The notes below the pieces were generated by a model that ran no database searches, was not told the DNA's origin, and saw only the letters and a program-made list of their open reading frames with translations. DNA of 58,846 nucleotides, from contig JBAZYY010000001.1 of the NCBI GenBank assembly GCA_041659065.1, positions 1 to 58,846 on the forward strand, in the 5' to 3' direction. Made by a program: the position numbers and the translations under genes. How positions within the stretch are numbered: position 1 is the stretch's first letter; each line of letters begins with the position of its first letter. This stretch comes from Parcubacteria group bacterium. GTDB lineage: Bacteria > Patescibacteriota > Minisyncoccia > Moranbacterales > UBA11712. Of the stretch, positions 17,690 through 25,834 are shown piece by piece.

Positions 17690-19066
17690 ATGCAAAACGA
17701 AACAGCCGCTAAATCCAAAAACACCAAGCCGGCGGAAACGGCCATTAGGGTTGAAAATCTCTCTAAAACCTTCAGGATTCCGCATGAGAAAATATCCACA
17801 TTGCGGGGGGCTTTTGTGAACCTGTTCCGGACTAACGGGTACGAAGAATTCAACGCGCTCGACAATGTTTCTTTCGAGGTCAAGAAGGGGGAATTTTTCG
17901 GGATCATCGGGCGGAACGGCAGCGGGAAATCAACGCTCCTCAAGATTCTCGCAGGCATTTATAAGCCCGGGAAAGGAAAGGTGAAAGTAAACGGGCTTAT
18001 CTCGCCGTTTCTCGAACTTGGCATCGGTTTCAACCCCGAACTTTCCGGGCGGGACAATATTTATCTCAACGCATCAGTCCTGGGCCTTTCCCAAAAACAA
18101 ATCAACGAAAAATTTGACGATATTGTGAATTTTTCCGAACTCCATCGCTTCATCGATCAAAAAGTCAAAAATTATTCATCAGGGATGCAGGTACGTCTGG
18201 CGTTTTCTGTTGCCATCCACGCGAACCGGGATATCCTTCTTATGGATGAGGTACTGGCAGTAGGAGACACAAACTTCCAGAGCAAATGCATGGATGAATT
18301 TCGGAATTACAGAAATGCCGGGAAAACCATTATTTTAGTTACGCATGATATTGAAACTGTCCGGCAATATTGCGATAGAGCCGTGCTTCTTCGCAGCGGT
18401 AAAATTGAGATGATAGGCGATTCGGATAAAGTGGGAGACAAATATATATATCAAAATATGTCAGATGAAGAAAAGCGACTCCTGGAAGAGGAAAAAAGAC
18501 AGAGAATTAAAGCTGAAAAAGAAGCTGCACGACTGATTCGAGAGCAAAAAATCGCTGAACAACGACAGCAAACGGAAGAAGAAAAAAAACAAGCAGAGGA
18601 GGAAAAAAAGCAAGAGATAGAAAAAATAAAGCAAGAAGAAAAAGAAAAAAACAAGCCGGTTAAAATTATAAAAATAGAGTTTTTAAACTCAGAGGGTATT
18701 CCAGTAAATGCCATAAAGACGCATGATAAGTTAGAAATAAAAATTTATTTCGATGCCGCGAATACCTTTCAAAAAGAGGTGAATATAGGGGTCTCGATAG
18801 AAAATAGAGAAGGCCAGTATCTTTTTGGATACAATACGCTGATGGATAATTATTCGCCTCAAATAAATAAAGGATACATCTCTATTGTCTATCCAGAAGT
18901 GCTTCTGCTCTCAGGCAATTATTTTATTAACGTTACGATTGCAAAAAAAGACGATGGATCGACCTTGGATTATCAGCCAAGGACTAGGAATTTTAGAGTA
19001 TTCTCCATTGGCAAAGAGAATTCGTATAAAGGAACCTTCAGTCTAAAGCATAAATGGAACCAGTAA
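17690..19066 (+). CDS. Polysaccharide/teichoic-acid export ABC ATPase (Wzt/TagH-like) with a charged helical linker and a C-terminal Wzt_C-like beta domain
   Basis: Walker A GRNGSGKST, signature YSSGMQVRL and Walker B LLMDEVLAVGD. A K/E-rich segment is followed by a beta-rich domain of about 130 aa. The ATG at 17690 is preferred over the TTG at 17678. Confidence 0.9.
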   Translation: MQNETAAKSKNTKPAETAIRVENLSKTFRIPHEKISTLRGAFVNLFRTNGYEEFNALDNVSFEVKKGEFFGIIGRNGSGKSTLLKILAGIYKPGKGKVKVNGLISPFLELGIGFNPELSGRDNIYLNASVLGLSQKQINEKFDDIVNFSELHRFIDQKVKNYSSGMQVRLAFSVAIHANRDILLMDEVLAVGDTNFQSKCMDEFRNYRNAGKTIILVTHDIETVRQYCDRAVLLRSGKIEMIGDSDKVGDKYIYQNMSDEEKRLLEEEKRQRIKAEKEAARLIREQKIAEQRQQTEEEKKQAEEEKKQEIEKIKQEEKEKNKPVKIIKIEFLNSEGIPVNAIKTHDKLEIKIYFDAANTFQKEVNIGVSIENREGQYLFGYNTLMDNYSPQINKGYISIVYPEVLLLSGNYFINVTIAKKDDGSTLDYQPRTRNFRVFSIGKENSYKGTFSLKHKWNQ

Positions 19067-19075
19067 ATAGCGCAT

Positions 19076-19669
19076 ATGAACTTGGCAAATCCAAAAAAAC
19101 ATATACCCTGGATTGTTTACGAAGCCAAAGATTGGCTGGATGAATTTTTAAAAAAGGATATGAGGGTATTTGAATGGGGATCAGGAGGCTCGACATTTTA
19201 TTTTAGCAAGAGGACAAAAAAAGTTGTGTCGGTTGAACATGATGATTCCTGGCATAAGAAAGTCGAGGAGACTTTGCTTAAAGAAAAAATAAACAATTGT
19301 GAATATCACTTGATAGCGCCTTATAAAAATTATCTGTCAAGAATCTTGCCGCTGGCTTGGAGAATGTATAAATCTGAAGTGTTCACGGAGTATAAAAATT
19401 ACACATTCAAAAAATATGTTAAAAAGATTAGTGATTACCCCGACAACTTCTTTGATCTAATTTTCGTGGATGGAAGGGCGAGAGCCGCTTGTATGCGGCA
19501 TGCCGTGAGAAAGATAAAGAAGGGCGGTTTTCTGATGCTGGACAATTCAGAGAGAAAATCATACAGAAATGCAATGGGGAAGTTAAGGAATTTTCAGCGG
19601 AGGGATTTTTTTGGGCACGGTCCTTATTCAGAAGATAAATGGCAAACTTCCGTGTGGCATATTAATTAA
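19076..19669 (+). CDS. Class I SAM-dependent methyltransferase-like protein
   Basis: FEWGSGGSTFYF (motif I-like), then FDLIFVDG and GGFLMLDN. Confidence 0.65.
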   Translation: MNLANPKKHIPWIVYEAKDWLDEFLKKDMRVFEWGSGGSTFYFSKRTKKVVSVEHDDSWHKKVEETLLKEKINNCEYHLIAPYKNYLSRILPLAWRMYKSEVFTEYKNYTFKKYVKKISDYPDNFFDLIFVDGRARAACMRHAVRKIKKGGFLMLDNSERKSYRNAMGKLRNFQRRDFFGHGPYSEDKWQTSVWHIN

Positions 19670-19694
19670 AATATTAATCTCGCACTCTAAATAA

Positions 19695-20504
19695 ATGGAA
19701 GAACTAAAACTCCTACGCTATAAGAATCCGGACTTTAAGATGTACATAGAACCTGTATTTGAAATAGCTTATGATCCAGAAAGATTTGAATTGGCGACAA
19801 GGAAAATTTTCTCAAACCTAATAAAACCAGAGAGTAACTTTGTTGATGTTGGGGCTCATTTCGGTTTTTATTCACTTCTGGTATCCAAAATAATATCAAG
19901 TGGGAATATCTTTTCCTTCGAGCCAGTTGAAAGAAGCGTCGATATTTTCAAGAGAAATATCGTTCTTAACGGTTTTAAAGGGATAAAGATATTTAACTTT
20001 GCAATCTCAGACAAAAAAGGAAAAAAAGATTTTTATATCTCCGCGTTATCCGATTCATGTGGTTTTACCCAGCATCCGCGAGCGGGTTCGATAAGAAAAA
20101 TTAAGATAGAAACGAATTCTCTTGATAATGTAATTGGTGATGAGAAAATTGACGTTGTGAAAATTGATACAGAAGGTCATGAGGTTGGGGTTATTCTCGG
20201 AATGAAAAAAATAATAGCAAATAATCCAAAAATAAAAATAATACTTGAATTTAATCCAAAATGCATAAGAAGTGCGGGAATAAAAATTTCACAATTTGCT
20301 GAAGTGCTCAAGGCTGCCAATCTTGAAATACATATGATTAAAGATTCAGGACCCTTTTTAATAAACCTCACTGAAAATTTTAACAAATGGGAAGATTATT
20401 TGGATGAGATATCATACGCAAACTTACTCTGCCTTAAAAAGGAAGAGAGAGACAGATTAATTAAGAAGAGCGAATTTTTTGGAAATATTTTTAAGGGAAA
20501 TTAA
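19695..20504 (+). CDS. FkbM family methyltransferase
   Basis: VDVGAHFGFYS ... FSFEP ... VKIDTEGHE pattern typical of Methyltransf_21/FkbM. Confidence 0.85.
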   Translation: MEELKLLRYKNPDFKMYIEPVFEIAYDPERFELATRKIFSNLIKPESNFVDVGAHFGFYSLLVSKIISSGNIFSFEPVERSVDIFKRNIVLNGFKGIKIFNFAISDKKGKKDFYISALSDSCGFTQHPRAGSIRKIKIETNSLDNVIGDEKIDVVKIDTEGHEVGVILGMKKIIANNPKIKIILEFNPKCIRSAGIKISQFAEVLKAANLEIHMIKDSGPFLINLTENFNKWEDYLDEISYANLLCLKKEERDRLIKKSEFFGNIFKGN

Positions 20505-20703
20505 AAGCACCCCATTGTCAAGATAAGAATTCTTTGATATCAGTTATAATTCCAGCGGGAGTGACAGAGAGGCGCTTGAAATCTCTCAATATTTCGCAAA
20601 ACAAGATAATCAAAATTTCAGGGCGGCTTTTTCACAGAAGACGATAATCGTGAAATAGTAGGCGTAGTGAAAGATAAAGAGTATTTTTTCTATTAATGAC
20701 AGC

Positions 20704-21630
20704 ATGAATAAAAGAAATGAAAAAATTGGTAAATTCTGGTCAGCAGTTAGTAAGCAATCGGAGAGCAATGATTTAAAGTTAAGATGGTGGCAAAGTCCTC
20801 TTATAATTAGGCATGTCAATAAGCTAGTGGAGGGTGAATATTCGGACGGTCTCTCTCAGGGGCTTGTGAATAAAATTAAAAAAAATTACGGACATCTAAT
20901 TCCGTTTAAAAAAGGAATATCTGTGGGTTGTGGAAATGGGCAAAAGGAAATTAATCTAATAAAGCAAGGAATTGTCGAAGAATTTGATTTATTTGAATTA
21001 AGTCAGACGCGAGTTAATCAAGGCAATGCATTAATTAAGAAAAATTCGCTTGCTAACCAGATGCGATATATTAAAGGTAACGCTTTTGAGATTATTACTA
21101 AACCAGAACAATATGATATTGTCCATTGGAATAACTCTCTGCACCATATGTTGAATGTTTTTGATTCTGTAAAGTGGAGTAGGGATATACTAAAGAAGGG
21201 GGGACTTTTCTATATGGATGATTTTATAGGGTCTTCTCGTTTTCAGTGGTCGGATAAGCAATTGGAAATTGCCTCTAGGGTTCGGAACGTCTTTTGTGAG
21301 AGCAAATATGTAAGAGACCCTGACAAAAATTCCTCCTCAGGAGAACTAAATATCAATCTCAGCAGACCAGATATAGAAGCTATGATTAGTGGTGATCCTT
21401 CGGAAGCGGCCGATTCGGAGAGAATAATTGATGCCGTAGGGAGGTACTTTCACGATGTGAAAATTATAAAAACCGGAGGGGTAATTTATCACCTAGCGTT
21501 ATCTGATATGATAAATAATTTTGACGAAGTAGAAGATAGGCTTATACTTGATCTATTGATGCTCGTTGATGAGTTATGTATAGATCTGAATGAAACTCAC
21601 TACGCCACAGCGATAGCCATTAAGAACTAA
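20704..21630 (+). CDS. Class I SAM-dependent methyltransferase
   Basis: ISVGCGNGQKE glycine-rich motif, plus IVHWNNSLHHM and LKKGGLFYMDD. Confidence 0.78.
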   Translation: MNKRNEKIGKFWSAVSKQSESNDLKLRWWQSPLIIRHVNKLVEGEYSDGLSQGLVNKIKKNYGHLIPFKKGISVGCGNGQKEINLIKQGIVEEFDLFELSQTRVNQGNALIKKNSLANQMRYIKGNAFEIITKPEQYDIVHWNNSLHHMLNVFDSVKWSRDILKKGGLFYMDDFIGSSRFQWSDKQLEIASRVRNVFCESKYVRDPDKNSSSGELNINLSRPDIEAMISGDPSEAADSERIIDAVGRYFHDVKIIKTGGVIYHLALSDMINNFDEVEDRLILDLLMLVDELCIDLNETHYATAIAIKN

Positions 21631-21634
21631 TAAT

Positions 21635-22675
21635 ATGCAAGACTCACGAAAAACCTCAGTTGTTATAACCTGTCACAATTACGGAAAATTTTTGAAAGAG
21701 GCAATTGACTCAGCGCTAAATCAATCAGTCAAACCAAAAGAAGTAATAGTTGTGAATGACGCAAGCGCAGATGATTCGGAAAAAATCGCGAAAAGCTATA
21801 GGGATAAGATAAAGTATTTTCAAGTCGAGTTTAAAAATGCACAGAAGGCTAGGAACCTTGGGCTACAAAAAAGTTCCGGAGAGTTCGTTGTTTTTCTTGA
21901 TGCAGATGACTATTTCGACAATAATTTTCTAAAATATACTCAAGTGGAATTAGAGGGAGACAAAGAATTAGATCTGGTATACACCGATAGATCACATATT
22001 GGGGAAAAGAAATTCCTGGAAGATTTAGGATTTAAGTCATGCTGGAAAACGGAAGAATTCGACTATGATAAATTGACTCAATATAATTATATCTCTCTCC
22101 CGTCGCTAATACGAAAGAAAAAATTTAAAGGATTCGATGAGGAAATTAAAAGATTCCAAGACTGGGATGCATGGCTAACGCTATTAAAAAACGGCGAGGC
22201 AAAAAGAATTGCGGAATCATTATTTACCGTTAGGTTTCACGGGGAAAATAAAACCTTTACGGTTGATAGCATCCTTGAAAGGATAAAGGTGCTGGCAAAA
22301 CATAAGCTTTATGATATTTTAGCTAATGATTATAGGAAAGTTGTCTTGGAATTAGGTGATTTGCGCAAAACTATCCAGCAGAAAGATCAGGAAATCCAGC
22401 AAAAAGACCAAGAGCTTCAGCAGAAAGATCAGGAAATCCAGCAAAAAGACCAAGAGCTTCAGCAGAAAGATCAGGAAATCCAGCAAAAAGACCAAGAGCT
22501 TCAGCAGAAAGATCAGGAAATCCAGCAGGAAAGAAATGTTATCGCAGTAAGAGAAAGTATTATTCGACAAAAAAACGCCGAAATAAAAATGATGAAATCT
22601 TCGAGATTTTGGAAAATGAGAGAAGTATACTATCGAATAAACAGCAAGATAGCACGGAAAAAGAAGCATGGATAA
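21635..22675 (+). CDS. GT2 glycosyltransferase with a C-terminal repeat-built coiled coil
   Basis: SVVITCHNYGKFL ... VNDASADDS ... FLDADD (DxD). The C-terminus has (QQKDQEIQQKDQEL)n followed by an SSRFWKMR motif. Confidence 0.88.
   Translation: MQDSRKTSVVITCHNYGKFLKEAIDSALNQSVKPKEVIVVNDASADDSEKIAKSYRDKIKYFQVEFKNAQKARNLGLQKSSGEFVVFLDADDYFDNNFLKYTQVELEGDKELDLVYTDRSHIGEKKFLEDLGFKSCWKTEEFDYDKLTQYNYISLPSLIRKKKFKGFDEEIKRFQDWDAWLTLLKNGEAKRIAESLFTVRFHGENKTFTVDSILERIKVLAKHKLYDILANDYRKVVLELGDLRKTIQQKDQEIQQKDQELQQKDQEIQQKDQELQQKDQEIQQKDQELQQKDQEIQQERNVIAVRESIIRQKNAEIKMMKSSRFWKMREVYYRINSKIARKKKHG
22376..22527 (+). repeat. Perfect 42-bp tandem repeat, about 3.6 copies, in frame within the GT2 gene
   Basis: The unit CAGCAGAAAGATCAGGAAATCCAGCAAAAAGACCAAGAGCTT occurs at 22376-22417, 22418-22459 and 22460-22501, plus 26 nt of a fourth copy. 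Confidence 0.95.
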
Positions 22676-23858
22676 AACGACTGGAAAAATACTATTCGTA
22701 AGTCATGACGCTTCCAGGACTGGGGCGCCTTTTGTCCTCTTGCATTTATTAAAGTGGCTAAAGGAAAACACTGAAGTTGAGTTTGAAGTTTTGTTAAAAA
22801 ATGGCGGAGAGCTAGAGAGTGAGTTTGAAGCTCTTGCTCCAACTTACATATGGTATAAGCCTGGCAATCCGAAGAATTTATTTGAAAAAATATTGCTCTA
22901 CTATAATCTATCAAGCTTATCTCCAAATAGTCACAAAGATAAATTATCAAGGTTGTTTTTGCAAAAAAAATTCAACGTAATTTTTACAAATTCAGTGGCG
23001 AGCTGTGATGCTATTAATGAATTGAAACAGAGATTGGATATTCCAATAATATGTTATTTGCATGAGTTGGAAATAAGCATCCGCCAATTTTGCGGGCTAG
23101 ATGTATTTAAAGAAGCTCAAAAAAATATAGATCTCTATATTGGGAGCTCCAAGATGGTTGTAGATAATCTTAAGATAAATCATGGATTAAGTGATAAAAA
23201 AATTGATCTCGTCTACGATTATATTCCCGCGAAGGAATATCATGAAGCAAGAAACGAATATGATACGCAAGAATTGAGAATGAAAATTGGCGTTCCCGAT
23301 GGTTCCTTTGTCGTTGGGTCATGCGGGACTATTGACTGGCGAAAAGGAGTTGATTTGATACCTCAAATATCCAGGCTAGTGAGACAGAAATCGGATCTTC
23401 CTATATACTTCGTTTGGATTGGGGGAGTTCAGTCAGGCGTGGACTTCGAAAAATTTTTACAAGATGTTGATAAGCTAAATTTGAAGGACAAGGTAATTTT
23501 TATTGACTACGCACTTGACTATTTTGCGGCTATAGATGTTTTCCTGTTGCCCTCAAGGGAAGACCCCTTCCCGCTTGTTTGCTTGCAAGCTGCAGCATTC
23601 GAAAAGCCGGTTATTTGTTTTGAACTTTCCGGAGGCATTCCTGACTTCGTGGAAAAAGATTGTGGTTTCGTGGTTCCTTATCTTGATATAGAAGCGGCAG
23701 CAGAAAAGATTATCGAACTGGCGCAGAATCGGGAGCTATGCAGTAGACTAGGAAAAAACGCTGCTCAGAAAGCAATGAAAAGGCACGATGTGTCAATTGC
23801 TGGAAGGCAGATTATGGATATAATTAAAAAAGTTTTGGCAAAAAGTAGGGTAGTCTAA
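22668..23858 (+). CDS. GT4 (group 1) glycosyltransferase
   Basis: GT-B pattern with a C-terminal EDPFPLVCLQAAAFEKPVI (E-x7-E). It overlaps the previous gene by 8 nt. Confidence 0.87.
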   Translation: MDKTTGKILFVSHDASRTGAPFVLLHLLKWLKENTEVEFEVLLKNGGELESEFEALAPTYIWYKPGNPKNLFEKILLYYNLSSLSPNSHKDKLSRLFLQKKFNVIFTNSVASCDAINELKQRLDIPIICYLHELEISIRQFCGLDVFKEAQKNIDLYIGSSKMVVDNLKINHGLSDKKIDLVYDYIPAKEYHEARNEYDTQELRMKIGVPDGSFVVGSCGTIDWRKGVDLIPQISRLVRQKSDLPIYFVWIGGVQSGVDFEKFLQDVDKLNLKDKVIFIDYALDYFAAIDVFLLPSREDPFPLVCLQAAAFEKPVICFELSGGIPDFVEKDCGFVVPYLDIEAAAEKIIELAQNRELCSRLGKNAAQKAMKRHDVSIAGRQIMDIIKKVLAKSRVV

Positions 23859-23862
23859 TTTA

Positions 23863-24777
23863 ATGGTAAAAAAGGCAGAAATATCAATTATATTCCTGAC
23901 ATTCGACGGAATCACCGATTATTTCAAAGAAACGCTTAAAAGTGTCTTGTCCCAATCCACGAAGCGTAGCTACGAAATAATTACTATAGACTCTGGTTCC
24001 ACTGATGGCACAGTCGAATTTGTGAAGCGCTATGGGAATGTTAGGCTTTATGAAATACCTAACTCTGAATTCAGCCACAGCCGCACGCGGCAGATGGGAG
24101 CTGAATTGGCAAATGGCGATTATCTCGTTTTTTTGACGCAGGATGCTACGCCGGCGGGAAATCAATGGCTGGATAACCTGGTAAGGAATTTCAATGATCC
24201 TGAAGTGGTCGGAGTATGCGGTCGGATTATTCCAAGAAAAGACGCCTTTGTGTTAAGAAAAATAAATGTAGAGAATGACTTGTCAGGCAGAATAAAACGA
24301 ATTGAAGCGCAAATTGAGGATAAGGAGAAATTTGAAAAATTAAGTTATCTGGAAAAAAGGCTTCATTACTATTTTTTTTATAATATATCTTCTGCAGTCA
24401 GGAAGAATTTTATTTTGGAAAATCCGTTTCCTGATGTTCCCTTCGCTGAGGATTTAGAATTTGCAAGAGTAGCCCTGGCCAAAGGGAAAAAAATTGTGTA
24501 TGAGCCTGATTCTGTTGTATATCATTCACATAATTATTCATTGAAAAAAACCTATCAAAGGAACTTGATTGATGCTCGATATCACAAAGTTTATTTAAAC
24601 ATTCGTAATGTCCCAACACTATTTCAGCTTTGGAAAAATGTCAGAGAATATGTCAGTCGGGACTGGATATCCCTTGCAAGCTATGATTTATCGAAGTTTG
24701 ATAAAACTATCGCTATGCTGTATAGTCCAATAATTCACTTCGCTGAACAATTGGGGCAATATAGAGGAGGAAAATAA
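23863..24777 (+). CDS. GT2 glycosyltransferase
   Basis: ISIIFLTFDG ... ITIDSGSTDGT ... TQDA pattern. Confidence 0.83.
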   Translation: MVKKAEISIIFLTFDGITDYFKETLKSVLSQSTKRSYEIITIDSGSTDGTVEFVKRYGNVRLYEIPNSEFSHSRTRQMGAELANGDYLVFLTQDATPAGNQWLDNLVRNFNDPEVVGVCGRIIPRKDAFVLRKINVENDLSGRIKRIEAQIEDKEKFEKLSYLEKRLHYYFFYNISSAVRKNFILENPFPDVPFAEDLEFARVALAKGKKIVYEPDSVVYHSHNYSLKKTYQRNLIDARYHKVYLNIRNVPTLFQLWKNVREYVSRDWISLASYDLSKFDKTIAMLYSPIIHFAEQLGQYRGGK

Positions 24778-24813
24778 GACAGCTAAGAGATAATCTAAAG
24801 ATGTGAAAAGTAT

Positions 24814-25773
24814 ATGACAAAGAAAAAAGACAGCATTTTGATACTTGGCGCGGACGGGTTTTTAGGCAGTAATCTTGCCTTGTCGCTCGCGAAAGAGGAA
24901 AGATTCAACCTGAGGGCGTTTGATCTATTTAAAAACGGATTATCAAATAACCTGGAATCAATTCGGAACGACATAAAATTAATTCAGGGGAATTTTTTAA
25001 ACAAGGAGGATTTAAAAACATCTCTTAATGGTATTGATTATGTTTTTCATTTTATATCCCTTACGACTCCGAGCTCTTCATCTGACGATCCCTTCATAGA
25101 AATCGATACGAATATCCGTAGCACTTTAGAATTATTGGATGAGTGCGTGAAAGCTGGAATAAAAAGAATAATTTTTGCTTCAACTGGCGGAGCGATCTAC
25201 GGAGACCAAGCAAAAAGTATTTATTCGGAAAGAGATGTTACGAATCCCATCTCACCTTATGCGATCTCAAAGTTGGCGATAGAAAAATATTTAGAGTACT
25301 ACAGGATACGCCATGGGTTATCTTATTTAATACTTCGTTATTCGAATCCCTATGGTCCACACCAAAACTTAGTCGGAAGCCAGGGCATAATTCCGATCTT
25401 TTTAAATCAAATATTTGAAGGTCGTCCTGTTACGATTTTTGGGGACGGAGAGAATATTAGGGACTATATTTTTGTTGATGATATTATTGATATTACAAAA
25501 AAAATATTCAAGAAAAAAACAGAGCACAATCTGTATAATATAGGGAATGGAAAAGGAATAACGATAAATATGCTTTTGGATGCAATGAGGGATATTACCG
25601 GCAAGAAGATAAAAATAAAATGGCAGCCAAAACGTGAAATTGACATCAGGAAAATTGTTCTCGATACGAAAAGGATCAAAATGGAGATGGGAGATTTTAA
25701 ATTAACATCGCTGGGTGAAGGGATTAAAAAAACATGGGAGTGGATCTCGCAACAAAAATCTCTTAAAAGATAA
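24814..25773 (+). CDS. NAD-dependent sugar epimerase/dehydratase (extended SDR)
   Basis: GADGFLGSNL Rossmann motif and a YAISK catalytic YxxxK. Confidence 0.87.
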   Translation: MTKKKDSILILGADGFLGSNLALSLAKEERFNLRAFDLFKNGLSNNLESIRNDIKLIQGNFLNKEDLKTSLNGIDYVFHFISLTTPSSSSDDPFIEIDTNIRSTLELLDECVKAGIKRIIFASTGGAIYGDQAKSIYSERDVTNPISPYAISKLAIEKYLEYYRIRHGLSYLILRYSNPYGPHQNLVGSQGIIPIFLNQIFEGRPVTIFGDGENIRDYIFVDDIIDITKKIFKKKTEHNLYNIGNGKGITINMLLDAMRDITGKKIKIKWQPKREIDIRKIVLDTKRIKMEMGDFKLTSLGEGIKKTWEWISQQKSLKR

Positions 25774-25834
25774 GTTAGAAATAGTTTGCAATCTACACGC
25801 TAATTCTTATTAATAACCTAAAATTAATTAAGTA

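Noticed and set aside
22376-22527. The tandem repeats here and the 7-mer repeats at 57541-57575 as a CRISPR array
   Set aside because: There are no unique spacers between repeats. The first set is in-frame coding sequence and the second is a microsatellite. I recognised no cas genes.
22352-22669. ORFs in other frames or strands across the 42-bp repeat (FLIFLLKLLVFLLD... and SSRKIRKSSKKTKSF...)
   Set aside because: Their periodic sequences are a by-product of the tandem repeat. The GT2 frame is continuous with a recognisable catalytic domain.
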